Below, piece after piece: positions 1-11,131 of a DNA stretch of 51,806 nt (positions are counted from its first letter, which is position 1; each line of letters opens with the position of its first letter). The position numbers and the translations under genes are program-made. Under the pieces are notes generated by a model. It was not told the DNA's origin, did not search any database, and saw nothing but the letters and a program-made list of their open reading frames with translations. Source of the stretch: Chiloscyllium plagiosum (lineage: Eukaryota); NCBI RefSeq assembly GCF_004010195.1, contig NC_057760.1, positions 2,325,158 to 2,376,963 of the forward strand, read 5' to 3'.

Positions 1-40
1 CAGAGAGCACCTCTGGGCCATCCGGACGAACCAACCCAAC

Positions 41-340
41 CAACCTGTGGCACAGCATTTCAACTCCCCCTAACCTGTGGCACAGCATTTCAACTCCCCC
101 TAACCTGTGGCACAGCATTTCAACTCCCCCTAACCTGTGGCACAGCATTTCAACTCCCCCTAACCTGTGGCACAGCATTTCAACTCCCCCTAACCTGTGG
201 CACAGCATTTCAACTCCCCCTAACCTGTGGCACAGCATTTCAACTCCCCCTAACCTGTGGCACAGCATTTCAACTCCCCCTAACCTGTGGCACAGCATTT
301 CAACTCCCCCTAACCTGTGGCACAGCATTTCAACTCCCCC
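41..340 (+). repeat. Tandem repeat, 10 x 30 bp (taacctgtggcacagcatttcaactccccc), inside the PLE
   Basis: Directly visible identical units with no spacers; the first unit starts with c. Confidence 0.97.
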
Positions 341-695
341 TCCCACTCCACCGAGGATATGCAGGTCATTGGACTCATCCACCGCCAAACCACAACAACC
401 CGACGGTCGGAGGAGGAGCGTCTTATCTTCCGACTGGGAACCCTCCAACCGCAGGGGATGAACTTGGACTTCACCAGTTTCTTCATCCCCCCTCCCCCCA
501 CCTTGTCTCAGCCGGATTCCTCCAGCCCGGCACCGCCTTCCTGACCTGCTGTCTTCTTCTTGACCTCTCCGCCTCCACCCTACTTCGACCTATCACCCTC
601 ACCTTGACCTCTTTCCACCTATCACATTTCCAACTCCCCTCCTCCAGGTCCCTCCTCCCTACCTTTTATCTTCTCCTGCTGAACACTCTCTGCTC

Positions 696-731
696 ATTCC
701 TGAAGAAGGGCCTGTGCCCGAAACGTCGAAT
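696..731 (+). ncRNA. Minimal type I hammerhead ribozyme motif (PLE family A)
   Basis: attc-CTGAAGA-a-gggc(ctgt)gccc-GAAA-c-GTC-gaat. Stem I attc/gaat, stem II gggc/gccc, intact CUGANGA and GAAA core, GUC cleavage triplet ending at 727. Confidence 0.75.
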
Positions 732-829
732 CTCCTGTTCCCTGGATGCTGCCTGACCTGCTGTGCTGTTCCAGCAATAAAGTTTCAACTTTGATCTCCA
801 GCATCTGCAGACCTCACTTTCTCCTCTCA

Positions 830-1830
830 ATTCTCAACTCCACTTTCCTGCCTTGTCTCTATAACCCATGATTCCCTTTCTGATTAAAAATCTATCTATC
901 TCAGCCTTGAATATACTTAACAGTGCTCTGCGGTAAAGAATTCCACGGGTTCAGTACCCTCTGAGGCAAGAAATTCTTCCTCATATATGTCTGAAATGTG
1001 CAACCTTTTATTCTGAGATTATGCCCTTATAGTCCTCGACTCTCCCACCAGGGGAAATAGCGTCTCCATGTCAACCCGTCGAGTCCCGTAAGGTTCTTGT
1101 ATGTTTCAAAAAAAGGTAGTCTTTCATTCTTCAGGAAAGAAGCAAAAGTGAAGGAAAGGTTCTCCTCTGAGAAGGAACAGTTATGTGGCTATGTGGTTAC
1201 GTGGCTAGCTTGGAGAAGTTGAAGCTGCTCTTCTTGGAGAGAAGATCTGATAGAGATATTGAAAATCATGAGGGGTCCAGACAGAATGGAGAGGAGCTTT
1301 TCTTGGTGGGAGGATTGAGAACCATCAGGTACTGATTAAGGGTGACTGGCAGCACAAGGAGAAACTGTTTTAAATGCAACAAATGTGTATGATTAGAACT
1401 GTGCTATCTGAGGTTGTGGTGGAAGCAGATTCATTCATAGAGTCACAAAGCACAGAAACGGACCCTTTGGTCCAACCAGTCCATGCCGAATATTATCCCA
1501 AACTAAGCTAGTCCCACCTGCCTACTCCTTGCTGATACTGTTCCAAATCTTTCCTATTCATGTATATATCTAAATGGCTTTTAAAAACTGGGATTGTACC
1601 ACTTCCTCGGGAAGTTCATTTCACACGTGAACCACCCTCTGTGTAAAAATAAAATTCCTCATGTCTTTTTTTAAATCTCTCTGGTGATTATCTCAAGGGA
1701 GATAATCAAGAAAAGTTACCCGGCTATGGGGGGAAAGGCAGGGGTTTGGGAATGAGCAGGTTGTGCTTCCATAGAGCCAGCATGAATCAGGTGGACTGAA
1801 TGAGCTTACCCTGTGCTGTCTCCATTCGAG
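830..1830. mobile_element. Cluster of decayed CR1-group LINE 3' fragments in both orientations
   Basis: Characteristic 3' motifs (gatctgatagag..aaaatcatgagggg; cacagaaacggaccctttggtccaacc) that recur throughout the window. Confidence 0.65.
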
Positions 1831-2072
1831 AATTTTATCTGATCTCAGTGGCAGCAGGGCAAACAGTAAATAGAAGGATATGTTGATGGGGTGATGTGGA
1901 GAGAGATATGGGAAGGGGAGGTACATGTGTAGAGCAGAAATACTGACATAGATCTTGTGGGTGAAATAATCTGTTTTTCTGCTGCAGAGCAGCCTTCAAG
2001 TGACAAAAAGCCCACTTCTGCTCCTATGTCTTACGGATTCTGTGTAATTCTCTGCAAAATGTCTTTGTCCAG

Positions 2073-2220
2073 GAGTTTGACCTTGGTGCAGATGCTGACC
2101 AGCTGTTTCAAGGACATTGGCTGGATGACAGAGAGCATAAAGGTGCACGGGGACGTTGGGCTGATGGTCATGGACACATTCCCCCACATGCCTTATTTCT
2201 GGGCCATGAACCTGACTCCG
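2073..2220 (+). CDS. TDRD10: Tudor domain-containing protein 10, internal coding exon (first visible)
   Basis: Acceptor tctttgtccag|G, donor CCG|gtaagg. Encodes (R)SLTLVQMLTSCFKDIGWMTESIKVHGDVGLMVMDTFPHMPYFWAMNLTP, resembling recalled mammalian TDRD10 RGSFLVLLLRECFRDLSW...PFFWAMHVTE. Confidence 0.85.
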
Positions 2221-3285
2221 GTAAGGGAATAGGGTGATGGGTAAAAGCACATTTAAATGACTTGTTGCCGTTTGTGGGACTGTTTGAAGATTGGGCTAGG
2301 CTATGTTTGCAGCTCCAAGGGAGCGCTGCATTGTCTGAGGGCTTCCTTGTCTGCACTGTTATGCCAGCCACTAATGAATTGGAAAGCATCGGGTTATGGG
2401 GGCCAAACTGCACAGACTAGAGCCATATTTCCTCCAGTTCAGATCACTAAAAGGTGATCTAGCTGAACTGTTCAAGATGAACAAAGAATTTGATAAAATA
2501 GATAGAAACTGCTCCCTCTAGTGGTGTGACTACAGGGGGCATGGCAAATTTTGTTGTGCTATAAACACTAGATGATAATTTTCCATTGACACCAACTTGA
2601 GGCTTGGAGATCCTGCTATGCACCCGTTTGGAATTTTGTCACTCAGCAGGTGGTGAATTCCTTACTGTCAGTGTCCCAGGGAAGGGGAACAGTTGCCATT
2701 GACCAGAAACTGAAACAGACAATAGCAATATAAATGTTGTCCTGTAGCAAGTAATTTATCCTTGCATTTCCCCAAGGTCTGTTCACATTTTACAAGGCAC
2801 AAGTCAAGAGGGTGATTTAATGCTCCCCAGCTGCCTGGATGAGTGCTAGTCCACAGGAGGCTCATGGGCACCCCATCCATCTCCTTCAATATTTACTCCC
2901 TCTGTCACCAACGATCAATAACAGCAGTGTGCACTGCAGCAACTCACAAAGGGTCCTCAACAGCACCATCCAAGCCATCTTGAAGGACCTAGGCAGCACA
3001 TATATGGGGACACCATCACTGGCAAGTTCTCCTCTGAGCCACCCACCATTTTGACTTAGAAATGTATCACCAATCCTTCATTGTTGATGGGCAATAATCC
3101 TGAAATTCCCTTCCTAGCGGCACTATGGGTGTATCTACACCACGTGGACGGCAGTGGTTCAGGAGTGCAGCTCACCATCACTGCCTCAAGGGCAATTAGA
3201 GATGGGTAATAAACATAGTGACACCCACATCATGAAAGAAAACTGTCCCAGGCAACTATTGAAACTCAATCTTGAATATTTAAGA

Positions 3286-3570
3286 TGTGAAGGTGCCAGT
3301 GTTAGATTAGGGTGGACAGAGTTAAAAATAACACAACACCAGGTTATAATCCGACAGATTTATTTGGAAGTACAAGCTTTTGGAGTGCTGCTTGTATGTC
3401 AGGTAGCTCTACGTCATATGATACTTTGATCATTTACTTGCAAATTCTGTGTCCTATGTATCCTGTCCCACTAGTTACCAGACGAAGGAGCAGCGCTCCA
3501 AAAGCTTGTACTTTCAAATAAATCTGTTGGACTATAACCTGGTGTCGTGTGATTTTTTTTTAACCTTGTG
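3286..3570. mobile_element. Short fold-back element (family C, hammerhead-bearing), degenerate
   Basis: Inverted arms (aacaccaggttataatccgacagatttatttggaagtacaagcttttggag and its reverse complement at about 3495-3565). TSD tatttaaga at 3277-3285 and 3571-3579. Confidence 0.75.
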
Positions 3571-3897
3571 TATTTAAGACAGAAGTTAATCTCAGTGTTA
3601 TTTTAAGTTAAAGGTAATGGGGATAGCGCAGGAAGATGGTGTCAATGTAGATCAGCCATGATCTCATTCAATGCTGAAGCAAGTTCCTAATTGTTCCCAC
3701 TTATATTTACCTACATGACACCACTGTGGGTGGTTGTGAGACCCTACTTTAGAGATGCATGTTCATTGGTTGTGCCTGATGATGAGTCGAGGATTGGTGG
3801 TGGGTTGAAGAGGTGGAGATATACAAAGTGACACAGAGGAGCAGAGGTCAGATCTGTTGGCCTTGGGGTTTAATGAGAATGATGACCCTTGTGACAG

Positions 3898-4037
3898 GAG
3901 ACCTATGTGAAGATGTGCCAGCTGTTCAACACACTCTCTGTGGTCACCTTGGAGAAGCCCTTCCTCAAGGAAGAGGAGGTACGGAGGGGCCAGCGCTGTG
4001 TGGCAGAGTTCCCAGGAGAGGGCGGAGAATGGAACAG
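3898..4037 (+). CDS. TDRD10: TDRD10 coding exon (start of Tudor domain)
   Basis: gacag|GAG ... AACAG|gtcagt, phase 0 in and phase 2 out. Encodes ETYVKMCQLFNTLSVVTLEKPFLKEEEVRRGQRCVAEFPGEGGEWNR. Confidence 0.9.
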
Positions 4038-4359
4038 GTCAGTGAGCTCCTTTATTGCTTCCCTAGCAATAAAATTGACAACAGACTCGTTGCTTTGATC
4101 CCAAAGGGATTTACATCCTGCCCGGTTGATGCTGGAGGCATGTCATTTGAAAACTTGCCAATGTTGAACCACCGTTGTAGAAATACCCAGCACAGGAGAA
4201 GGCCATTGGCCCACTCCACCTGTGTCAGCTCTTTGACAGAGCAATCTTCATAGATCCCTCTGCTTCCCCCCTAGGATTGACGTAATGAATGCATGATGGG
4301 GCATTTAAATATCCTTTGCACCTTTTATGATATCCATTAGCAACGTCTCTAAATCTTAC

Positions 4360-4580
4360 TCGTGCCTCAAGAGTCAGAAAGTTGGAAGGTTGAGTCCCAC
4401 TCCAGAGGCTTGAGCCAGCACTGAGGGAGTGCCATGTTGTTGGAGGTGCTGTTTTGTGGGCGAGACAGTCTGTGCAGATCTGTTCACAGGTGTGCGAATG
4501 TGCACACGTGCACATACCCACTTCTTCAAGAGAGTAACAGGCATGTTCTCTCTGGTACGCTGGACCATTTTTAATCGTTA
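4360..4580 (+). mobile_element. Deu-domain SINE (SacSINE1-like), decayed
   Basis: tRNA-like head ggttgagtcccactccag followed by cagcactgagggagtgcc...tggaggtgctg, resembling the recalled DeuSINE consensus. Confidence 0.55.
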
Positions 4581-4676
4581 AATCACCAAGGTGCTGGGGC
4601 CAGATGTGCTCCTGAATCTGTCTGAACTCCAGTTGGTTCCTGCCTTGTTACTTGCTCCCATTCACCTTTAATGTGG

Positions 4677-4817
4677 ACAAAGTTTAAAAAATCAGACAAC
4701 ATCAGGTTATAGTCCAACAGGTTTATTTGGAAGTATAGCTTTTGGAGCGCTGCTTCTTCATCAGGTGACTAGTTAACTTTGTCCACCCCAGTCCAACACT
4801 GGCACCTCCACATCATG
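4677..4817. mobile_element. Short fold-back element (family C), asymmetric
   Basis: Same arm sequence as 3286-3570. Near-perfect 13-bp TSD acctttaatgtgg (4664-4676) / acctttattgtgg (4818-4830). Confidence 0.75.
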
Positions 4818-4918
4818 ACCTTTATTGTGGGGTCTGGTGCAGCTACTGATGCACAGTGCCACCTGCAGCTCCAAATCAGTATTACCAATCAAAGTCTTGG
4901 TCAACATAATTCAGAAAT

Positions 4919-5140
4919 GCCAGTGTTGGACTGCGGTGGACATCAGTTAAAAATCGCCCAACACCAGGTTATAGTCCCAACAGGTTCATTTGGAAGCACT
5001 ATCTCTCTGAGCACTGCTCCTTCATCAGGTAATTGTGGAGTGACTCCACAACCATCTGATGAAGGAGCAGCGCTCCGAAAGCTAGTGCTTCCAAATAAAC
5101 CTGTTGGACTATAACTTGGTGCTATGTGATTTTTAACTTG
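4919..5140. mobile_element. Short fold-back element (family C), near-perfect palindrome
   Basis: Arms about 4945-5040 and 5044-5138, centred on ttgtggag-tga-ctccacaa. Confidence 0.8.
5053..5087 (+). ncRNA. Minimal hammerhead ribozyme motif (family C)
   Basis: cat-CTGATGA-a-ggagc(agc)gctcc-GAAA-g-CTA-gtg. Intact core, 5-bp stem II, stem I cat/gtg. Confidence 0.7.
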
Positions 5141-5801
5141 GTCAACGTAGACACATCCCAAAACCCAGGTGGGCCTGAACGAAAAGAATCTCTGGTCTTG
5201 CTGTCATCAGCCACCTCTGGATGGGCAGTGGTGATGGATGCACACAAGTTTAAAAAAAAAATCCACCCCCAGGTCAGGTGTTGGTGTTGCCATTGCCTTC
5301 CAGAGCTGATCAGCTAGCAGACGTGCCATCAGCTGCCGAGGTTTGGAGTTATTTAAGATGGTCCTTAAAACTGGCCTGTCTGACTGAGTCTTTGGTCACC
5401 TGGCCCCAAACTGTCCTTACCCAGCTCAGTTTTTATTCTTGTTCTGATTTAAGCTCCCAAGAGTCACCCCGTCCAGAAGCAAGTTCTTGCACACGGACTC
5501 ATGGATGACAGTCGCATTCATTGAGATTGTTAACATCTTTAGGAACTTGGAGGTGGTGAATCTGGCTAAAATAGAAGCCTGCGATGATTGGGAGGAGGGG
5601 GAAGAGGTTGCTGTAGACAGCAGGACACTGCATACTGGTCTCCCTCAGCCCCACCCGGCAATGCTTGAACATCACAGCCACAACAGATCGCACTTGACCT
5701 TGCTGAGTGTTCTCTCTATTTGGTATTCTCTCTTTTTCCCCTCAGTGCTCCAAAAAAGAGGATTATATCTCATTGCCCACCTTGCTCCTTTCTGTCTGTA
5801 G

Positions 5802-5956
5802 GTGCTGGATTGTGGATGTGGTGGAGAGTCGGGTCATCCTATTTTATGTGGATTCAGGGAGTACAGCCTGTGTCCCAGCATCATCCGTGAAATCTCTGGA
5901 CAGCGATGAGTTCTGGACCATCCCGCCTCTCGTTCAGCCCTTTGTCCTACAGCAAG
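5802..5956 (+). CDS. TDRD10: TDRD10 coding exon (Tudor domain)
   Basis: tctgtctgtag|G ... CAAG|gtgagt. Encodes CWIVDVVESRVILFYVDSGSTACVPASSVKSLDSDEFWTIPPLVQPFVLQQ; SLDSD.FWTIPPL.QPF is a TDRD10 hallmark as recalled. Confidence 0.93.
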
Positions 5957-6179
5957 GTGAGTCTCCTCGTCATGTTGGCTTTCTGTTCTGGTTTGTCTTC
6001 GGCAACCATCCCACTATACTGTCCTTGGCCCCCCGGCACAACATAACAAGCAGGGCATTTCACCCTCACCAATTTGTCCTTCAATCTGTGATGCAACGGG
6101 GATGGTATGGTGGCTGAGTGATTAGCACTGCGCTCTCTCTCCGCCAGGGACCAGGTTCAATTCCAGCTTTTGGGTGACT

Positions 6180-6842
6180 AGAGAAGGTGCAAAACTTGAC
6201 CTACTGTTGGGAAATAAGGCAGGGCAGGTGACTGAGGTGTCAGTGGGGGAGCACTTTGGGGCCAGTGACCATAATTCCATTAGTTTTAAAATAGTGATGG
6301 AGTAGAATAGATCAGATCTAAAAGTTGAAGTTCTAAATTGGAGAAAGGCTACTTTTTGATAGTATTAAGCAAGAACTTTCAAAAGCTGATTGGGGGCAGA
6401 TGTTCGCAGGTATAGGGACAGCTGGAAAATGGGAAGCCTTCAGAAATGAGATAACAAGAGTCCAGGAACAATATATTCCTGTTAGGGTGAAAGGAAAGGT
6501 GTAGGGAATGCTGGATGACTAAAGAAATTGAGGGTTTGGTTAAGAAAAAGAAGGAAGCAAATCTAAGGTATAGACAGGATAGATCGAGTGAATCCTTAGA
6601 ATATAAGGGCAGTAGGAGTGTACTTAAGAGGGGAAAAAAGGGGACATGAGATAGCTTTGACAAATAGAATTAAGGAGAATCCAAAGGGTTTTTACAAATA
6701 CATTAAGGACCAAACGATAACTAGGGAGAGAATAGGGCCCCTCAAAGATCAGCAAGGTGGAACCGCAGGAGATGGGGCAGATACTAAATTAGTATTTTGC
6801 ATCAGTATTTACTGTGGAAAAGGATATGGAAGATATAGAATA
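6180..6842 (+). mobile_element. CR1 LINE ORF2 fragment (endonuclease C-terminus and linker)
   Basis: Translates to LDLLLGN...VGEHFGASDHNSISF and RIKENPKGFYKYIK...RERIGPLKD, with frameshifts. Confidence 0.85.
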
Positions 6843-6844
6843 TA

Positions 6845-9800
6845 GTACTCTTAAGTGTACTCTTCTAAGGATTCACTCAATCTTTGCTGTTTATACCTGA
6901 CATATGCTTCCTCCTTTTTCTTGACCAACTTCTCTAGCCCTCCAGCTTTCCCTACATCCACCAGCGTTTCCTTTCAACCTAACAGGAATATACTGTCTCT
7001 GGACTCATTTCATTTTTGAATGCTTCCCATTTTATAGTTGTTGCTTTATCTGAGAACATCTGCTCCCTGCCCCCATTAACTTTTGTAAGCTCTTGCCTAA
7101 TACTCTCAAAATTGGCCGCCTCCAATTCAGAACTTTAGTACAATCCCAATAAGGTGATCATCCCTTTCTAATTTCTCAGTTCCACCCAAATAATTTCCCT
7201 GGACCTACTCCCAGGAATATCCTCCCTAAATACAGCCATAATGTTATCCCTTATCAAAAATGCTGCTCTATCTTTCCCATAGCATTTGTATCCTGGAACA
7301 TTAAGATGTCAGCCATGTCCATCCCTGAGCCACCTATCTGTAATTACTGTGATTCCCAGTCCCATATTTCGAACCATGCCCCGTGTTCATCTCCCCTCCC
7401 TGTTAGGCCTGCATTGAAATAAATACAGTTTAATTCATCAGTCCTACCTGGTTCTCTGCTTTGTTTTTGCCTGCCCTGACTGTTTGACTTGCTTGTTTTC
7501 CCAACTGTACCATTTTCAGACTGAGCTCTTTCCTCACTATCTCCCTGGGTGCCAACCCCCAGCTTACTAGTTTAAATCATCCCAAGCAGCTCTAGCAAAT
7601 CTCCCTGCCAGTACATTAGTCCCCTTCAGGTGCAATCTGTCCTCCTTATACACGTCACTTATACTCCAAAGTGTAATGCTGGAAAAGCACAGCAGGTCAG
7701 GCAGCATCTGAGGAGCAGGAGAATCGACGTTTCGGGCATAAGCACTTCATCAGGAATGAGGCTTGTGGATCGGGGCTGACAGATAAATGGGAAGGGGGGT
7801 GGGGTTAGGGGGAAGGTAGCTGGGAAAGCGATAGGTGGATGAAGGTGAGGGAGAAGGTGATATCAGAGGGGGGAGTGATGTAAGGGTCTGGACAGTGGTG
7901 CTAAGTTGGAGGCTTGGAGATGCAGGTAAATTTCTGACGGATGTGGAAGCATCCGTTCCCAGGATGACCAATTCTATCTCAGAAAGTCCCAGATGACCTC
8001 CTGCTTCCATGATCGCAATTTCCCTTCCCACGTGGTGGTTGATGCCCTCCAGTGCATCTCCTCCACTTCAGGTACCACTGCCTTTTGAACCCAACCCTTC
8101 CCAACTCACAAGGACAGAACCCCCCCCCCCCTGTTCTTCACCTTACACCCCACCAACCTCTGCATACAATGCATCATCCTCTGCCACTTCCGCCACCTCC
8201 AAATGGACCCCACCCCTATCAGCGTTCCAGAAAGACGATTCCGTCCGCAACTCCCTCGTCAGGTCCACATCCCACTCCTGGCACCTTTCCTTGCCACCAT
8301 AGGAAGTGCAAAACCTGCGTCCACACCTCCATCCAAGGCCCCAAGAGATCCTTCCACATCCACCAGAAATTTTCCTGTCACCTACTGCATCCATTGCACC
8401 CAGTATGGTCTCCTCTACATCAGGGAGACAGGACACCTTCTTGCGGATCATTTCAGAGATCATCTCTGGGACACCCGCACCCACCAACCCCACCGCCTCG
8501 TGGCTGAATACTTCAAACTCCCCCTCCCACTCCGTCAAGGACAATCGTTACCACCCAACGCCTGGAGGAGGAATGCCTCATATTCTGCCTTGGGACCCTA
8601 CAACCACACAGGATAAATGTGGATTTCAACAGCTTCCTCATTTCTCCTCCCCCTATGTTATCCCAGTCCTAAGCCTCCGACTCGGCACTGCCCTCCGGAC
8701 CCATCCATCACTTCCCCTCTGACCTATCACCTTCATCCACCTATCGTTTTCCCAGCTGTCTCCCCCCGCCACCCCCAAACCCACCCCCTTCCCATTTATC
8801 TCTCAGCCCCAATCCACAAGCTTCATTCCTGATGAAGGGCTTATGCCCAAAATGTAGGTTCTCCTGCTCCTCGGATGCTGCCTGACCTGCTGTGCTTTTC
8901 CTGCACTACACTCTCGACTCTGAGCTCCAGCATTTACAGTCCTCATTTTCTCCTTCCACTTCTACTCCAGAAGAGATTCCAATGATCCAAAAATATGAAC
9001 CCTTGTCCCTTGCACCAGCTCCTCAGCCACGTATTCATCTGCTCTATCCTCTTATTATTACCCTCACTAACTCATAGCCTCGAGAATAATCCAGATATTA
9101 AGACCATAAAGCCATAGGAACAGAAATCGGGCGATTCGGCCCATAGAGTCTGCTCTGCCATTCTGTCATGTCTGATAGGTTTTTCAATTTCTTTTTCCCA
9201 CTTTCTCTCCATATCCTTTGATTCCCCTGGCAATCAAGAACTTATCTATCTCTGTCTTTAAATATACTCCATGCCCTGGCCTCCACAGCCCCCTGTGGCA
9301 ATGAATCCCACAGATTCCCCACTCTCTGGCTGAATCAGTTTCTCCTTATCTCCGTTCTGAAGAGTCTCCCCTTTACTCTAAGGCTGTGCCCTCGGGTCCT
9401 CGTCTCTCCTGCCAACGCAAACATCTTCCCAATGTCTAATCAAGGACTAACCTTGAGGACTTCCCTTTTTAAATTCCTGCCTAACTTCCTATATTGTCCC
9501 TTCAGAATGTCATCCTTTTCCCTTCCTGTGTTGTTACTTCCAATGTTTACAACAACCTCCTGCTAGACCCTCTCCCCTTTTGAGAACATTCTGCACTCTC
9601 TCAGAGATATCCATGATCCTGGCTCCAGGGAGGCAACACACCGTTCTGATTTCTTGCTGTTGGCCACAGAAATGTCTATCTGTGCCTCTGACTGCAGAGT
9701 GCCCTATCGTAATTGATCACTTGGAACCTGACGCACCCCTCATTACAATAGAGCCAGTCTCGGTATCAGAAACTTGGCTGTTCATGCTACATTCCCCTGA

Positions 9801-10450
9801 GTCCATCACTCCCTACATTTTCCAAAACTGATACTTATTTGAGGTGGGGATAACCACAGGAGACTCCTGGACTACCTGCCTCCCTCTCCTACCTTTCCTG
9901 GAGGTAACCATCTAACTGACTGTATCTGCAGTTTTTCTCCCTTCCTGTAACTGCCATCCATCTCATACCCCCAGCTCCTGTAAATTCCTCACTGCCACTC
10001 CAACCTATCTGATAGGATTCGCAACCAAACGCACTTCCTGCAGACAAAATCATCAGTAACATGGAGACTCTCTCTAATCCCCTATGCCCTGATAGGAAGA
10101 GCACGTCACTCTACTGAAGGCCATCTTTGCACCTTGACAATCTACAGACCCAGAAAATAGCACAGTCTTACTGGTCTAAAAAACACTGCTCCAGGCTAAC
10201 TTGGTATCTAGGTTTTATATTAAAATTTAATCAAGTCAGATCTCAATAAAAACATATAATTAAAAAAACCCACTCTACCTTACAAAGAAAAAGAACAGTA
10301 TAGTTACACTTAAAAACTTAGTTGCTCTTGGGCTATGAGCTCTCCCACACAGGTTCCTTCAAGGTCAGCTGTGAACTTTGCTGTTTGTTAGTTTTTCTAA
10401 GACGCACTCCAATGTCCAGAAAGACTTGAACTCAAACAGCAAAGGCAGTA
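6845..10450 (-). mobile_element. CR1 LINE, 5' half (ORF1 with zinc-finger and SGNH-esterase-like region, ORF2 N-terminus), interrupted by a PLE and another CR1 tail
   Basis: 6845-7050 is the reverse complement of about 6430-6630. The minus strand at about 9450-9640 reads PGARIMDISERVQNVL...VVVNIGSNN, typical of CR1 ORF1. Confidence 0.75.
7671..8956 (+). mobile_element. PLE (family A) with inverted 5' pseudo-LTR copy (7671-7920) and GIY-YIG remnant
   Basis: 7671-7920 is the reverse complement of about 8665-8910. Remnant YCIHCTQYGLLYIRETG. About 15-bp TSD cacttatactccaaa (7656-7670) / cacttctactccaga (8957-8971). Hammerhead motifs at 7722-7757 (-, core intact) and 8825-8860 (+, GAAA>AAAA). Confidence 0.85.
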
Positions 10451-11060
10451 ACTGTGCAGATTCACTGCTGTCTCTTTCTCATTTGATTCACTGACCATGT
10501 AGTTCCTGCCTTAGTGTCTCTTTGTCCTTTTGAAAGTGCAGTTGTTTTGATCTCCCCCCCTCAAAAAGTTCCAAAACTTTTGTAAACTTGTAAACATCAG
10601 CTTGTAAAACACTAGTTACTGTTCCTGTGACTGGCACAAGCTTTTTACAAATGCCTGCCAATCCAGGGACACTTTTCTCGAGCAACCGTCATTAGCTTCC
10701 TGACACAGCTCAAATGTGCCCATTTAGAGCACTTGCTCCACAAGTAGGCATCCTAAAGTGGGTTTAACCAGGCCTGTCATTTCAACACACAGAATAAGGG
10801 GTCTTCATACTTTGTAAGGAAACCTGAATCCAGTACAAGATGTTTTGCCTTGTGCAATGTGGCATTGAGCATTTGAAGTTAAGAATGATACAAATCTGGG
10901 ATCAAAAGTGAAACATTTGCTGCGTTTAGTGGTCACCGAGGATGGAAGGATTGTAGGGGAAATTTGCAAACTTGGATACCGTTTGTTTTAACTTGGCCAA
11001 AGATCTGACAGTTAAATTCACCGCTGTAAATCAACTTAACTTTTCTTTTTAAATAAGCAG

Positions 11061-11131
11061 GTGTGATGGGCAATCGCAAGATGGATGGAATCATTCTGAA
11101 AGGAAGGATTGTCGGATTCCACGAGGCAGAG
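11061..11131 (+). CDS. TDRD10: TDRD10 penultimate coding exon
   Basis: ttttctttttaaataagcag|GT ... GAG|gtaaat, phase 1 in and phase 0 out. Encodes GVMGNRKMDGIILKGRIVGFHEAE (cf. recalled mammalian ILKGKITG). Confidence 0.85.

Larger units (their letters stand above)
1..825 (+). mobile_element. Penelope-like element (PLE) 3' portion: end of GIY-YIG endonuclease region plus pseudo-LTR tail
   Basis: Translates as ...QPVAQHFNSPSHS...EEERLIFRLGTLQPQGMNLDF, matching copies at 8490-8640 and 24440-24620. Shared tail ...ggatgctgcctgacctgctgtgc...ccagcatctgcag.cctcacttt. Confidence 0.8.

Noticed and set aside
41..340. CRISPR-like appearance of 30-bp repeats
   Set aside because: There are no spacers and no cas genes, and the unit is part of a PLE coding remnant in vertebrate DNA.
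1957..2072. 5' extension of the first TDRD10 exon in the 91-aa ORF (alternative acceptor at about 1987)
   Set aside because: Similarity to TDRD10 begins at the stronger acceptor at 2072/2073. The upstream part has no recognisable homology, though it cannot be excluded without RNA data.
5460..5625. Exon-looking stretch (...KIEACDDWEEGEEVAVD)
   Set aside because: Exons 3898-4037 and 5802-5956 join directly in phase as WNR|CW, and no convincing donor site is present.
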